A stretch of 39,731 bases of DNA from a virus (lineage: Duplodnaviria; Heunggongvirae; Uroviricota; Caudoviricetes): IMG/VR virus record IMGVR_UViG_2718218171_000002, positions 1-39,731 of that record; one strand, 5' to 3'. Positions 8,445-18,697 of the stretch are shown piece after piece; positions within the stretch are counted from its first letter, which is position 1; each line of letters opens with the position of its first letter. Under the pieces are notes generated by a model. That model searched no databases. It had not been told where the DNA came from and saw only the letters and a list, made by a program, of their open reading frames with translations. A program made the translations under genes and the position numbers.

Positions 8445-8524
8445 AGTTAAGACATCTTAAATAAACTTGACTTAAGATTCCTTTAGTGGATAATTTAAGT
8501 GTTCTTTAATTTCGGAGCGAGTCT
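8445..8524 (+). promoter_or_regulatory. OR operators with PR (TTGACT-16-GATAAT) and divergent PRM
   Basis: Palindromic operator-like sites AGTTAAGACATCTTAAAT (8445-8462) and ATTTAAGTGTTCTTTAAT (8493-8510); -35 at 8467-8472 and -10 at 8489-8494 ahead of cro. Confidence 0.65.
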
Positions 8525-8710
8525 ATGTACAAGAAAGATGTTATCGACCACTTCGGAACCCAGCGTGCTGTAGCTAAAGCGTTAGGCATTAGCGATGCAG
8601 CAGTCTCTCAGTGGAAGGAAGTCATCCCAGAGAAAGACGCCTATCGACTGGAAGTCGTTACAGCTGGCGCCCTGAAGTATCAAGAAAGCGCTTACCGCAA
8701 AGCGGCATAA
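8525..8710 (+). CDS. cro: Cro repressor (P22 type)
   Basis: 61 aa, near-identical to P22 Cro as remembered. Confidence 0.9.
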   Translation: MYKKDVIDHFGTQRAVAKALGISDAAVSQWKEVIPEKDAYRLEVVTAGALKYQESAYRKAA

Positions 8711-8716
8711 GCAAAT

Positions 8717-8758
8717 TGCTCTTTAACATTGATGGGATTGTCCCGCCGAAATGCGGGA
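8717..8758 (+). promoter_or_regulatory. nutR (boxA plus boxB)
   Basis: TGCTCTTTAACA followed by hairpin TCCCGCCGAAATGCGGGA; identical to nutL. Confidence 0.6.
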
Positions 8759-8816
8759 ATACAACGCGCATAAGTTGATGCGCATAACTTCTTATTTGTT
8801 AAGGAAATACTTACAT

Positions 8817-9110
8817 ATGGTTCGTGCAAACAAACGCAACGAGGCTCTAAGAATCGAGAGTGCGTTGCTTAACAAAATCGCAATGCTTGGAACTGAGAAG
8901 ACAGCGGAAGCTGTGGGAGTTGATAAGTCGCAGATCAGCAGGTGGAAGAGGGACTGGATTCCAAAGTTCTCAATGCTGCTTGCTGTTCTTGAATGGGGTG
9001 TTGTCGACGACGACATGGCTCGATTGGCACGACAAGTTGCTTCGATTCTCACCAATAAAAAACGCCCGGCGGCAACCGAGCGTTCTGATCAAATACAAAT
9101 GGAATTTTAA
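8817..9110 (+). CDS. c1: C1 (lambda CII-like) transcriptional activator
   Basis: 97 aa, matches P22 C1 as remembered; AAGGAAA RBS. The ORF-track N-terminal extension spans nutR and is rejected. Confidence 0.85.
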   Translation: MVRANKRNEALRIESALLNKIAMLGTEKTAEAVGVDKSQISRWKRDWIPKFSMLLAVLEWGVVDDDMARLARQVASILTNKKRPAATERSDQIQMEF

Positions 9111-9132
9111 CAACATCCAACGAGGTAATTAT

Positions 9133-9405
9133 ATGCGAAACAAAGGCTTTAATCCACCTGATACACACAAAGAAGCTAAGCGTTTGCGCTTCCTTCGTTC
9201 CATTGATGAAAGAACTCAAATCTCTTTTGTGAAAGTTGCCAGAACTGAGCTTCTGAAGGCTGAGGCGAGGGCGTTGCTCCCGTCTCTACCAAAAGAGGAG
9301 GGATATACGTTCATTCCAAACGCATTTCTGGAAAAGCTTCTCAAAGAAGACATATCCGTAAGTCAGTTTAACGATGTTCTTAAGGTCTTTCGTCAAGGCA
9401 GGTAG
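9133..9405 (+). CDS. hypothetical protein (90 aa)
   Basis: GAGGT RBS; sits between c1 and the replication initiator gene. Confidence 0.45.
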   Translation: MRNKGFNPPDTHKEAKRLRFLRSIDERTQISFVKVARTELLKAEARALLPSLPKEEGYTFIPNAFLEKLLKEDISVSQFNDVLKVFRQGR

Positions 9406-9407
9406 TT

Positions 9408-10355
9408 ATGAGCAATACAGCAAAAATCTACGATTTCAGCGCCGCACACGAGCGCAGGAGCAACAGGATGGAGAACCAGAAAACTGGTTACATTCCGTTG
9501 TACCGGAGCATTCTGAAACAGTCATGGGCGAAAGATGTTTATCTTCGCACCCTGTGGGAAAACCTTCTCCTGAATGCCGCCAGAAAGCCATACAAAGCGA
9601 ATTTCAAAGGTCATGAATGGCATCTGCAACCCGGTCAACTGGTTGTGACAGCAGCTGATTTAGGTCTTCAGTTATGCGACAGACATGGCAAGCCAGCAAG
9701 CCGTGATCAGGTTGAGCGGATGCTTCAGGTTTTTGTGAAAGAGGGGATGATCTCCATTGATGGAGAGAAGCAAAAAGGTCGTGTGATAACCATCACAAAT
9801 TACCATGAATATGCTCAAAAAATGGACAATTTACCCGCACATGAAGCCGCACAAACAACCGCACATGATGCCGCACATGGCGAAGCCAGTAATGGCGCTG
9901 CTTTCAGCGTACATGCCGCACATGAAAGCGCACATAAAGCCGCACAAACAACCGCACATCATGAACAAGAAGGTATTAACAAGAATATAAATAATACCCC
10001 CCTACCCCCCAATGGGGGAGGCGATGGGCAGGTTAAACCTGAACGTCGCAAGGCAGAACGAATCGACTACGAATCCTTCCTGAACGCCTACAACACCGAA
10101 GTCGGTGACAGACTGCCACACGCTGTTGCGGTCAACGAGAAACGCAAACGCCGCCTGAAGAAAATCATCCCGCAACTGAAAACGCCAAACGTGGACGGTT
10201 TCAGAGCGTATGTCAGGGCGTTTGTACATCAGGCCAAGCCGTTTTACTTCGGAGACAACGACACTGGCTGGACGGCCGATTTTGATTACCTGCTGAGGGA
10301 AGATTCGTTAACGGGAGTTCGGGAAGGGAAGTTTGCAGACAGGGGGATTGCATGA
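9408..10355 (+). CDS. replication initiation protein (lambda O-like / P22 gene 18-like)
   Basis: N-terminus [10 protein letters not shown] resembles lambda O; gene contains iteron array and an AT-rich segment. Confidence 0.75.
   Translation: MSNTAKIYDFSAAHERRSNRMENQKTGYIPLYRSILKQSWAKDVYLRTLWENLLLNAARKPYKANFKGHEWHLQPGQLVVTAADLGLQLCDRHGKPASRDQVERMLQVFVKEGMISIDGEKQKGRVITITNYHEYAQKMDNLPAHEAAQTTAHDAAHGEASNGAAFSVHAAHESAHKAAQTTAHHEQEGINKNINNTPLPPNGGGDGQVKPERRKAERIDYESFLNAYNTEVGDRLPHAVAVNEKRKRRLKKIIPQLKTPNVDGFRAYVRAFVHQAKPFYFGDNDTGWTADFDYLLREDSLTGVREGKFADRGIA
9835..9958 (+). repeat. putative origin iterons: two clusters of four 12-bp CCGCACA repeats
   Basis: Repeat starts at 9835, 9847, 9859, 9871 and 9916, 9928, 9940, 9952; followed by an AT-rich tract 9966-9995. 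Confidence 0.6.
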
Positions 10356-11728
10356 AACAGGATATCGAAGCGAGCGTTATCGGTGGCCTGCTGATTGGTG
10401 GATTAACACCAACCGCCAGCGACGTTCTGGCAACGCTGGAGCCGGAAGCGTTTTCAATTCCGCTCTACCGGAAAGCCTTCGAGGTTATCCGCAAGCAGGC
10501 GAGAAACAGAAACCTAATCGACGCGCTGATGGTTGCCGAGGCGTGCGGAGAGGAGCATTTCACGTCAATCCTGATGACCAGCAAAAACTGCCCGAGTGCC
10601 GCAAACCTGAAGGGATATGCCGGAATGGTCGCGGATAACTATCACCGCCGTCTGGTGCTGGAAATCATGGATGAAATGCGTGAACCAATTCAGAGCGGAA
10701 CCATCGACGCATCGAGTCAGGCGATGGATGAACTTGTAAAGCGTCTTTCAGCCATCAGAAAGCCCCGTGACGAGGTTAAACCGGTACGGTTAGGGGAAAT
10801 CATCACCGACTACACTGACACGCTTGACAGGCGTCTGAGGAACGGAGAAGAGTCAGATACCCTGAAGACCGGAATCGAAGAACTTGATGCCATCACCGGA
10901 GGGATGAACGCGGAAGACCTGGTGATAATCGCTGCTCGTCCTGGTATGGGGAAAACCGAGCTGGCGCTGAAGATTGCCGAAGGCGTTGCAAGCCGCGTTA
11001 TTCCTGGTTCTGACGTCCGGCGCGGAGTATTAATTTTCTCGATGGAAATGAGCGCATTGCAGATTGCAGAGCGAAGCATTGCCAACGCCGGGAGGATGTC
11101 GGTTAGCGTGCTGCGAAATCCTGCATCGATGGATGACGAAGGCTGGGCGCGCGTTGCTAACGGCATGAGTCAGCTTGCAGATTTGGATGTATGGGTAGTC
11201 GATGCCTCGCGGTTATCGGTCGAAGAAATACGCTCAATCGCAGAACGGCACAAACAGGAAAATCCAAACCTGTCACTCATCATGGCGGATTATCTTGGCC
11301 TGATTGAGAAGCCGAAAGCAGACCGCAACGACCTCGCAATTGCTCACATCTCCGGAAGCCTGAAGGCGATGGCGAAAGACCTGAAAACGCCTGTTATCTC
11401 CCTGAGTCAGCTTTCGCGCGATGTTGAGAAGCGACCAAACAAACGACCGACAAACGCAGATTTGCGTGATTCAGGAAGCATTGAGCAGGACGCAGACTCA
11501 ATCATCATGCTCTATCGGGAAGCGGTATATGACGAGAACAGTAGCGCCGCGCCATTTGCTGAAATCATCGTGACGAAAAACCGTTTTGGCTCGCTTGGTA
11601 CGGTTTACCAGCGGTTCTGCAACGGACACTTTGTTGCATGTGACCAGGATGAAGCCAGACAGATTTGCACAGCATCAAATGCACCTGCTGCGCGTGGCAG
11701 ACGATATGCACAAGGGGCTGACGTATGA
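10352..11728 (+). CDS. DnaB-family replicative helicase (P22 gene 12-like)
   Basis: 458 aa; Walker A GMGKTE and DnaB-like C-terminal domain; ATGA overlap with upstream gene. Confidence 0.85.
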   Translation: MKQDIEASVIGGLLIGGLTPTASDVLATLEPEAFSIPLYRKAFEVIRKQARNRNLIDALMVAEACGEEHFTSILMTSKNCPSAANLKGYAGMVADNYHRRLVLEIMDEMREPIQSGTIDASSQAMDELVKRLSAIRKPRDEVKPVRLGEIITDYTDTLDRRLRNGEESDTLKTGIEELDAITGGMNAEDLVIIAARPGMGKTELALKIAEGVASRVIPGSDVRRGVLIFSMEMSALQIAERSIANAGRMSVSVLRNPASMDDEGWARVANGMSQLADLDVWVVDASRLSVEEIRSIAERHKQENPNLSLIMADYLGLIEKPKADRNDLAIAHISGSLKAMAKDLKTPVISLSQLSRDVEKRPNKRPTNADLRDSGSIEQDADSIIMLYREAVYDENSSAAPFAEIIVTKNRFGSLGTVYQRFCNGHFVACDQDEARQICTASNAPAARGRRYAQGADV

Positions 11729-11753
11729 CCATCTACATCACTGAGCTAATAAC

Positions 11754-11785
11754 AGGCCTGCTGGTAATCGCAGGCCTTTTTATTT
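11754..11785 (+). terminator. intrinsic terminator between helicase gene and nin region
   Basis: Perfect 8-bp stem AGGCCTGC/GCAGGCCT followed by TTTTATTT. Confidence 0.6.
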
Positions 11786-11801
11786 GGGGGAGAGGGAAGT
11801 C

Positions 11802-12242
11802 ATGAAAAAACTAACCTTTGAAATTCGATCTCCGGCACATCAGCAAAACGCTATTCACGCAGTACAGCAAATCCTTCCAGACCCAACCAAACCAATCGTA
11901 GTGACCATCCAGGAACGCAACCGCAGCTTAGACCAAAATCGGAAGCTTTGGGCTTGCCTTGGTGACGTCTCTCGTCAGGTTGAATGGCATGGGCGCTGGC
12001 TGGATGCAGAAAGCTGGAAGTGTGTGTTTACCGCAGCATTAAAGCAGCAGGACGTTGTTCCTAACCTTGCCGGGAATGGCTTTGTGGTAATAGGCCAGTC
12101 AACCAGCAGGATGCGTGTAAGCGAATTTGCGGAGCTATTAGAGATTATACAGGCATTCGGTACAGAGCGTGGCGTTAAGTGGTCAGACGAAGCGCGACTG
12201 GCTCTGGAGTGGAAAGCGCGATGGGGAGATCGGGCTGCATGA
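11802..12242 (+). CDS. ninB: NinB (Orf-family recombination protein)
   Basis: 146 aa, lambda NinB-like sequence and position. Confidence 0.75.
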   Translation: MKKLTFEIRSPAHQQNAIHAVQQILPDPTKPIVVTIQERNRSLDQNRKLWACLGDVSRQVEWHGRWLDAESWKCVFTAALKQQDVVPNLAGNGFVVIGQSTSRMRVSEFAELLEIIQAFGTERGVKWSDEARLALEWKARWGDRAA

Positions 12243-12766
12243 CTATCAAATCAAATACGCCAGCACACGACAAGGACTGCTGGCAAACGCCGCTTTGGCT
12301 TTTTGATGCACTGGATATTGAGTTTGGATTCTGGCTGGATTCGGCAGCGAGCGACAAAAATGCTCTGTGCGCTCACTGGCTAACTGAGGCTGACGACGCG
12401 CTAAATTCTGAGTGGATAAGCCACGGTGCAATCTGGAATAACCCACCGTACAGCAGTATCAGGCCGTGGGTGGAAAAAGCCGCTGAGCAGTGCATACAAC
12501 AGCGACAGCCGGTAGTGATGCTTGTGCCAGAGGATATGTCTGTCGGATGGTTCAGCAAGGCTCTGGAGAGTGTTGACGAAGTTCGCATTATCACTGATGG
12601 ACGGATTAATTTTATCGAACCATCGACGGGGCTGGAGAAGAAGGGAAACAGCAAAGGCTCCATGCTGCTGATTTGGCGACCGTTCATCAGTCCTCGACGG
12701 ATGTTTACTACCGTATCCAAAGCGGCATTGATGGCGATCGGGCAGGGCGTCAGGAGGGCGGCATGA
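12239..12766 (+). CDS. phage DNA N6-adenine methyltransferase (Dam family)
   Basis: NPPY catalytic motif (IWNNPPYSS); nin-region position; ATGA overlap with ninB. Confidence 0.75.
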   Translation: MTIKSNTPAHDKDCWQTPLWLFDALDIEFGFWLDSAASDKNALCAHWLTEADDALNSEWISHGAIWNNPPYSSIRPWVEKAAEQCIQQRQPVVMLVPEDMSVGWFSKALESVDEVRIITDGRINFIEPSTGLEKKGNSKGSMLLIWRPFISPRRMFTTVSKAALMAIGQGVRRAA

Positions 12767-12939
12767 GGCGACAGCGACGAAGCATCACCGACATCATCTG
12801 CGAAAACTGCAAATACCTTCCAACGAAACGCTCCAGAAATAAACGCAAGCCAATCCCAAAAGAATCTGACGTAAAAACCTTCAACTACACGGCTCACCTG
12901 TGGGATATCCGGTGGCTAAGACATCGTGCGAGGAAATGA
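12763..12939 (+). CDS. NinE-like protein
   Basis: 58 aa basic protein at the lambda ninE position; ATGA overlap. Confidence 0.5.
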   Translation: MRRQRRSITDIICENCKYLPTKRSRNKRKPIPKESDVKTFNYTAHLWDIRWLRHRARK

Positions 12940-13301
12940 CAATGGATTATTCACAGTTAAGTGATTTTGAAATTAACGTGGCGGTATTCGAAGCTATTCA
13001 TAACGGATCACCGGATTACAAAGAAGGTGAGAATGGCGATATGGTGTTTGTCTCATTTGAGGGAGACATTGTAAACGGAGACGCAGTTGAAGTAGAAGTT
13101 GAGCGCGGTTCCTTTAACCCATGCGCAAACCCAGCAGACGCATGGCCGATTATTGAAAAATACAGGATTAGCATTATCAATCTCGATGAAGACGAGTGGG
13201 GTGCACGCGGTGTGACCTACTGTAAATCTAAGCGAGCTATACATGAAAATCCCCTCCGCGCCGCCATGATTGTCTTTCTCATGATGCAGAGAATCCAATA
13301 A
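12936..13301 (+). CDS. NinX-like / hypothetical protein
   Basis: 121 aa; nin-region position; ATGA overlap. Confidence 0.45.
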   Translation: MTMDYSQLSDFEINVAVFEAIHNGSPDYKEGENGDMVFVSFEGDIVNGDAVEVEVERGSFNPCANPADAWPIIEKYRISIINLDEDEWGARGVTYCKSKRAIHENPLRAAMIVFLMMQRIQ

Positions 13302-13477
13302 TGCTTAGCCCATCCCAATCCATTCAATACCAGAAAGAAAGCGTCGAGCGGGCATTAACGTGCGCTAACTGCGGTCAGAAGCTGCATGTGCTGGAAGTTC
13401 ACGTGTGTGAGCACTGCTGCGCAGAACTGATGAGCGATCCGAATAGCTCAATGTACGAGGAAGAAGACGATGGCTAA
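13301..13477 (+). CDS. ninF: NinF
   Basis: 58 aa, [40 protein letters not shown] matches lambda NinF as remembered. Confidence 0.65.
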   Translation: MLSPSQSIQYQKESVERALTCANCGQKLHVLEVHVCEHCCAELMSDPNSSMYEEEDDG

Positions 13478-14081
13478 ACCAGCGCGAAGACGATGTAAAA
13501 ACGATGAATGTCGGGAATGGTTTCACCCTGCATTCGCCAATCAGTGGTGGTGCTCTCCAGAGTGTGGAACCAAGATAGCACTCGAACGACGAAGTAAAGA
13601 ACGCGAAAAAGCGGAAAAAGCAGCAGAGAAGAAACGACGACGAGAGGAGCAGAAACAGAAAGATAAACTTAAGATTCGAAAACTCGCCTTAAAGCCCCGC
13701 AGTTACTGGATTAAACAAGCCCAACAAGCCGTAAACGCCTTCATCAGAGAAAGAGACCGCGACTTACCATGTATCTCGTGCGGAACGCTCACGTCTGCTC
13801 AGTGGGATGCCGGACATTACCGGACAACTGCTGCGGCACCTCAACTCCGATTTGATGAACGCAATATTCACAAGCAATGCGTGGTGTGCAACCAGCATAA
13901 AAGCGGAAATCTCGTTCCGTATCGCGTCGAACTGATTAACCGGATCGGGCAGGAAGCAGTAGACGAAATCGAATCAAACCATAACCGCCATCGCTGGACT
14001 GTCGAAGAGTGCAAGGCAATCAAGGCAGAGTACCAACAGAAACTCAAAGACCTGCGAAATAGCAGAAGTGAGGCCGCATGA
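13470..14081 (+). CDS. ninG: NinG (Rap) recombination-associated protein
   Basis: 203 aa, Cys-rich N-terminus and lambda NinG-like sequence. Confidence 0.8.
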   Translation: MAKPARRRCKNDECREWFHPAFANQWWCSPECGTKIALERRSKEREKAEKAAEKKRRREEQKQKDKLKIRKLALKPRSYWIKQAQQAVNAFIRERDRDLPCISCGTLTSAQWDAGHYRTTAAAPQLRFDERNIHKQCVVCNQHKSGNLVPYRVELINRIGQEAVDEIESNHNRHRWTVEECKAIKAEYQQKLKDLRNSRSEAA

Positions 14082-14284
14082 CGTTCTCAGTAAAAACCAT
14101 TCCAGACATGCTCGTTGAAGCATACGGAAACCAGACAGAAGTAGCACGCAGACTGAAATGTAGTCGCGGTACGGTCAGAAAATACGTTGATGATAAAGAC
14201 GGGAAAATGCACGCCATCGTCAACGACGTTCTTATGGTTCATCGCGGATGGAGTGAAAGAGATGCGCTATTACGAAAGAATTGA
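14078..14284 (+). CDS. ninH: NinH
   Basis: 68 aa, matches lambda NinH as remembered. Confidence 0.7.
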   Translation: MTFSVKTIPDMLVEAYGNQTEVARRLKCSRGTVRKYVDDKDGKMHAIVNDVLMVHRGWSERDALLRKN

Positions 14285-14927
14285 TGGCAGCAAATACCGA
14301 AATATTTGGGTAGTTGGCGATCTGCACGGATGCTACACGAACCTGATGGAAAAACTGGAGACGATAGGATTCGACACCAAAAAAGACCTGCTTATCTCTG
14401 TTGGCGATTTGGTCGATCGCGGTACAGAGAACGTTGAATGCCTGGAATTAATCACATTCACCTGGTTCAGAGCTGTACGTGGAAACCATGAGCAAATGAT
14501 GATTGATGGCTTATCAGAGCGTGGAAACGTCAATCACTGGCTGTTTAATGGCGGTGGCTGGCTCTTTAATCTCGATTACGACAAAGAAATTCTGGCTAAA
14601 GCTCTTGCCCATAAAGCAGATGAACTTCCGTTAATCATCGAACTGGTGAGCAAAGGTAAAAAATACGTCATCTGCCACGCCGATTATCCTTGTGACGAAT
14701 ACGAGTTTGGAAAGCCAGTTGATCATCAGCAGGTAATCTGGAACCGCGAACGAATCAGCAACTCACAAGACGGGATCGTGAAAGAAATCAAAGGCGCGGA
14801 CACGTTCATCTTTGGTCATACGCCAGCAGTGAAACCACTCAAGTTTGCCAACCAGATGTATATCGATACCGGCGCAGTGTTCTGCGGAAACCTCACATTG
14901 ATTCAGGTACAGGGAGAAGGCGCATGA
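14262..14927 (+). CDS. Ser/Thr protein phosphatase (lambda PPase / NinI type)
   Basis: 221 aa with metallophosphatase motifs GDLHG, GDLVDRG, GNHE. Confidence 0.85.
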   Translation: MRYYERIDGSKYRNIWVVGDLHGCYTNLMEKLETIGFDTKKDLLISVGDLVDRGTENVECLELITFTWFRAVRGNHEQMMIDGLSERGNVNHWLFNGGGWLFNLDYDKEILAKALAHKADELPLIIELVSKGKKYVICHADYPCDEYEFGKPVDHQQVIWNRERISNSQDGIVKEIKGADTFIFGHTPAVKPLKFANQMYIDTGAVFCGNLTLIQVQGEGA

Positions 14928-15547
14928 GACTCGAAAGCGTAGCTAAATTTCATTCGCCAAAAAGCCCGATGATGAGTGACTCACCACGGGCCACGGCTTC
15001 TGACTCTCTTTCCGGTACTGATGTGATGGCTGCTATGGGGATGGCGCAATCACAAGCCGGATTCGGCATGGCTGCATTCTGTGGTAAGCACGAACTCAGC
15101 CAGAACGACAAACAAAAGGCTATCAACTATCTGATGCAATTTGCACACAAGGTATCGGGGAAATACCGTGGTGTGGCAAAGCTTGAAGGAAATACTAAGG
15201 CAAAGGTACTGCAAGTGCTCGCAACATTCGCTTATGCGGATTATTGCCGTAGTGCCGCGACGCCGGGCGCAAGATGCAGAGATTGCCACGGTACAGGCCG
15301 TGCGGTTGATATAGCAAAAACAGAGCAGTGGGGGAGAGTTGTTGAGAAAGAATGCGGAAGATGCAAAGGTGTCGGCTATTCAAGGATGCCAGCAAGCGCC
15401 GCATATCGCGCTGTGACGATGCTAATCCCAAATCTTACCCAACCCACCTGGTCACGCACTGTTAAGCCGCTGTATGACGCTCTGGTGGTGCAATGCCACA
15501 AAGAAGAGTCAATCGCAGACAACATTTTGAATGCGGTCACACGTTAG
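14924..15547 (+). CDS. Q: late antiterminator Q (lambda type)
   Basis: 207 aa, near-identical to lambda Q as remembered. Confidence 0.9.
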   Translation: MRLESVAKFHSPKSPMMSDSPRATASDSLSGTDVMAAMGMAQSQAGFGMAAFCGKHELSQNDKQKAINYLMQFAHKVSGKYRGVAKLEGNTKAKVLQVLATFAYADYCRSAATPGARCRDCHGTGRAVDIAKTEQWGRVVEKECGRCKGVGYSRMPASAAYRAVTMLIPNLTQPTWSRTVKPLYDALVVQCHKEESIADNILNAVTR

Positions 15548-15589
15548 CAGCATGATTGCCACGGATGGCAACATATTAACGGCATAATA

Positions 15590-15618
15590 TTGACTTTTTG
15601 AATAAAGTTGGGTAAATT
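15590..15618 (+). promoter_or_regulatory. late promoter PR' (TTGACT-17-TAAATT) with qut region
   Basis: Sequence closely matches the lambda PR' region as remembered. Confidence 0.6.
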
Positions 15619-15653
15619 TGACTCAACGATGGATAAATGCACTCGTTAAATAA

Positions 15654-15690
15654 AGCCCTGAGTTAATAGCTCGGGGCTTTTTGCGTTTTA
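15654..15690 (+). terminator. tR'-like intrinsic terminator ending a short 6S-like leader RNA
   Basis: Stem AGCCCTGAG/CTCGGGGCT followed by TTTTGCGTTTT about 40-70 nt downstream of PR'. Confidence 0.55.
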
Positions 15691-15825
15691 AGCACGGCCT
15701 TTCTGAAAGCACATCAAACCAAATACCAGACAGACAAAAATAATCACCTTATCCGCTGTGGCTACGGTGCGGTGTGCTTTGCATAAAAGAAAACCAGCTC
15801 AATGGCTGGCTTCGTGAAAGCGGGT

Positions 15826-15860
15826 GGCAAGAGGTTGCGCTAACAACCTCCTGCCGTTTT
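15826..15860 (+). terminator. second terminator-like hairpin between Q and S
   Basis: 11-bp stem with one mismatch (GCAAGAGGTTG / CAACCTCCTGC) followed by CGTTTTG. Confidence 0.35.
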
Positions 15861-15980
15861 GCCCGTGCATATCGGTCACGAACAAATCTGATTACTAAAC
15901 ACAGTAGCCTGGATTTGTTCTATCAGTAATCGACCTTATTCCTAATTAAATAGAGCAAATCCCCTTATTGGGGGTAAGAC

Positions 15981-16304
15981 ATGAAGATGCCAGAAAAACA
16001 TGACCTGTTAGCCGCCATTCTCGCGGCAAAGGAACAAGGCATCGGGGCAATCCTTGCGTTTGCAATGGCGTACCTTCGCGGCAGATATAATGGCGGTGCG
16101 TTTACAAAAACAGTAATCGACGCAACGATGTGCGCCATTATCGCCTGGTTCATTCGTGACCTTCTCGACTTCGCCGGACTAAGTAGCAATCTCGCTTATA
16201 TAACGAGCGTGTTCATCGGCTACATCGGTACTGACTCGATTGGTTCGCTTATCAAACGCTTCGCTGCTAAAAAAGCCGGAGTAGAAGATGGTGGAAATCA
16301 ATAA
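15981..16304 (+). CDS. S: holin S (class I, dual-start Met1-Lys-Met3)
   Basis: 107 aa, near-identical to lambda S as remembered. Confidence 0.9.
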   Translation: MKMPEKHDLLAAILAAKEQGIGAILAFAMAYLRGRYNGGAFTKTVIDATMCAIIAWFIRDLLDFAGLSSNLAYITSVFIGYIGTDSIGSLIKRFAAKKAGVEDGGNQ

Positions 16305-16764
16305 TCAACGTAAGGCGTTCCTCGATATGCTGGCGTGGTCAGAGGGGACTGATAACGGACGTCAGAAAACCAGAAATCATGGTTATGACGTCATTGTTGG
16401 CGGAGAGCTATTCACTGATTACTCCGATCACCCTCGCAAACTTGTCACGCTAAACCCAAAACTCAAATCAACAGCAGCCGGACGTTACCAGCTTCTTTCC
16501 CGTTGGTGGGATGCCTATCGTAAGCAGCTTGGCCTGAAAGACTTCTCTCCGAAAAGCCAGGACGCTGTGGCATTGCAGCAGATTAAAGAGCGTGGCGCTT
16601 TACCGATGATTGATCGCGGTGATATCCGTCAGGCAATCGACCGTTGCAGCAATATCTGGGCTTCGCTGCCGGGTGCTGGTTATGGCCAGTTCGAGCATAA
16701 GGCTGATAGCCTGATTGCAAAATTCAAAGAAGCGGGCGGAACGGTCAGAGAGATTGATGTATGA
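16288..16764 (+). CDS. R: endolysin R (lytic transglycosylase)
   Basis: 158 aa, near-identical to lambda R as remembered. Confidence 0.9.
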   Translation: MVEINNQRKAFLDMLAWSEGTDNGRQKTRNHGYDVIVGGELFTDYSDHPRKLVTLNPKLKSTAAGRYQLLSRWWDAYRKQLGLKDFSPKSQDAVALQQIKERGALPMIDRGDIRQAIDRCSNIWASLPGAGYGQFEHKADSLIAKFKEAGGTVREIDV

Positions 16765-17198
16765 GCAGAGTCACCGCAATTATCTCCGCTCTGGTTATTT
16801 GCATCATCGTCTGCCTGTCATGGGCTGTTAATCATTACCGTGATAACGCCATGACCTACAAAGAGCAGCGCGATAAGGCCACATCCACAATCGCTGACAT
16901 GCAGAAGCGTCAACGTGATGTAGCAGAACTTGACGCCAGATACACAAAGGAGCTTGCTGATGCTAACGCGACTATCGAAAGTCTCCGTGCTGATGTTTCT
17001 GCTGGGCGTAAGCGCCTGCAAGTCGCCGCCACCTGTGCAAAGTCAACGACCGGAGCCAGCGGCATGGGCGATGGAGAAAGCCCAGGACTTACAGCAGATG
17101 CTGAACTCAATTATTACCGTCTCCGAAGTGGAATCGACAAGATAACCGCGCAGGTTAACTACCTGCAGGAGTACATCAGGACGCAATGCCTGAAATAA
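16761..17198 (+). CDS. Rz: i-spanin Rz
   Basis: 145 aa, N-terminal TM segment and coiled-coil; lambda Rz-like. Confidence 0.8.
   Translation: MSRVTAIISALVICIIVCLSWAVNHYRDNAMTYKEQRDKATSTIADMQKRQRDVAELDARYTKELADANATIESLRADVSAGRKRLQVAATCAKSTTGASGMGDGESPGLTADAELNYYRLRSGIDKITAQVNYLQEYIRTQCLK
16960..17145 (+). CDS. Rz1: o-spanin Rz1 (lipoprotein embedded in +1 frame of Rz)
   Basis: Lipobox LLGVSAC followed by a Pro-rich segment, nested inside Rz. Confidence 0.6.
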   Translation: MLTRLSKVSVLMFLLGVSACKSPPPVQSQRPEPAAWAMEKAQDLQQMLNSIITVSEVESTR

Positions 17199-17229
17199 TT
17201 TTTTTGCAAATCACAAAGTCCATTTAATG

Positions 17230-17288
17230 AGCCTCGCGATGCGGGGCTTTTTGCAATAAATGCGTACCGCAACGCATGTTTTTTACAC
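17230..17288 (+). terminator. two tandem intrinsic terminators after the lysis cassette
   Basis: Hairpin AGCCTCGC/GCGGGGCT + TTTTGC (17230-17253) and ATGCGT/ACGCAT + GTTTTTT (17258-17288). Confidence 0.5.
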
Positions 17289-17399
17289 CGAACCTGCACC
17301 TTTGGAATGGGCCTTTGAGGATACCAGTTAGTGCTGGCGAGCCTCGGTGGGCTGGTTTCCTGTGCGGCAAAGGTTCATTTCAAAGAGTAGGTACACGCT

Positions 17400-17897
17400 A
17401 TGAAATCATTAACCCTCTTCAATCAACCAATTCGTATCGGTGAAGATGGCATGATCTGCCTCACTGATATGTGGAAAGCCAGTGGTAAAAGTGAATCTGA
17501 ATCGCCTTACCACTACCTGCGAAACAAGCAGACCAAAGAGTTCTTAGCCGAGTTGGAGAAAAACCACGAATCTGTGGTTTTTACTGAGCGCGGTGTACAC
17601 GGTGGAACATATGGCGGGAAGTTTGTTGCTTACGATTATGCGGCTTGGTTAAACCCCGGGTTCAAGTACGCGGCCTATAAAGTCCTCGATGACTACTTCA
17701 CCGGAGAACTTCAGCATCGCAACAGCTTAAGTGCGCAGCTCAACATGAAATGTCATGAGTTTGACCAGAAGAAAGACATGGCGAGCTTCTGCGGACAAGG
17801 GCTGGCAGCATGGCGCTATACGAAGCCAGTGTTGGTCGCTGAGATTAACTCCCTGGCTAACCAGCTGCAGATTACGATACCCGGGCTTCCGGGATGA
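17400..17897 (+). CDS. KilA-N domain protein
   Basis: 165 aa with N-terminal KilA-N-like region; accessory position between lysis and terminase. Confidence 0.55.
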   Translation: MKSLTLFNQPIRIGEDGMICLTDMWKASGKSESESPYHYLRNKQTKEFLAELEKNHESVVFTERGVHGGTYGGKFVAYDYAAWLNPGFKYAAYKVLDDYFTGELQHRNSLSAQLNMKCHEFDQKKDMASFCGQGLAAWRYTKPVLVAEINSLANQLQITIPGLPG

Positions 17898-18157
17898 GTG
17901 ATCGTGTCATTGAATGCGCCTCCAGAGCGGGGCGTGACTTCTCAGAGTTCATGAATGGTGAGAAGGGCATGATGGAAGCATTGGCCTCGGTGGATGAGTT
18001 TGGCGAGCAGCTGCGCCTCAACGGCTGTGTCAATCATCACTTTGTTAGCTACATGATGCGGAACTCGATCATGCAGGCATTCATGGACATGGCAAAAGCC
18101 GAGAGGAAAGAAGAGCGCCGGCGTAAGCGAGCGGAAGCAAAAGCAAAAGTGAAGTAG
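17894..18157 (+). CDS. hypothetical protein (87 aa) coupled to the KilA-N gene
   Basis: ATGA overlap with upstream gene; basic C-terminal tail. Confidence 0.45.
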   Translation: MSDRVIECASRAGRDFSEFMNGEKGMMEALASVDEFGEQLRLNGCVNHHFVSYMMRNSIMQAFMDMAKAERKEERRRKRAEAKAKVK

Positions 18158-18387
18158 CCATTACAAAGCCCATTTACGGGTGGGCTTGATAATGAAACCG
18201 GAATTTATTCTGGGCCACCAGTTAACGGCAGTACAGCGAAACAACCCAAGCCAGTAAGTTGGGGAAATAACACTGGCAGCCACTGAAAGATGAACCTCCT
18301 GTCTTATGGCAAAAAAGATTCTTTGTGGTGGCGGACTGATGGAAAGACATCCGCTGAATTGATGATGAACAAGTGGAAGAGGTTGCG

Positions 18388-18558
18388 ATGGTTTTCGTGA
18401 ACAAAGATCCGAAGGAAGGCGTTGAATACATCACTGGTGCTGATGGTGTGAAAAGGCCAATGGCTTATTACAAAGCGGCTGAAGAGAGGGCAAGAATGGA
18501 AAATCCCCCTAAATGCGGATCATTTTTCGACATACTGGACCTTCAATGGAAGTTGTGA
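18388..18558 (+). CDS. small hypothetical protein (56 aa)
   Basis: ATG preceded by GAGGT RBS; hairpin downstream. Confidence 0.3.
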   Translation: MVFVNKDPKEGVEYITGADGVKRPMAYYKAAEERARMENPPKCGSFFDILDLQWKL

Positions 18559-18697
18559 ACAACTAACAGGTCGCTAAGTCGGCCTTTTTTATTGCCATCA
18601 CAAAAGCCATTCCCTACAGAGTGGCTTTGATAATGGCTTATACCCTACACGGGATAACTTAACTGATATCCCTTTTAACGGATAAACGGAGCCAACA

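Noticed and set aside
8751-8816. N-terminal extension of the c1 ORF in the ORF track
   Set aside because: The extension spans nutR; the start at 8817 has an RBS and gives the P22 C1 length.
9805-9990. 61-aa ORF with repetitive [13 protein letters not shown] sequence
   Set aside because: Alternate-frame artefact of the 12-bp iteron repeats inside the O-like gene.
10810-11166. 118-aa minus-strand ORF inside the helicase gene
   Set aside because: Fully embedded antisense to a confidently identified gene; no RBS or independent support.
15548-15980. Possible tRNA or toxin cargo between Q and S, as in Stx phages
   Set aside because: No tRNA-like acceptor or T-arm sequence and no ORF of appreciable length; the interval reads as regulatory.
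18222-18434. 70-aa minus-strand ORF
   Set aside because: Lies antisense between plus-strand genes with no RBS; overlaps a better-supported small plus-strand ORF.
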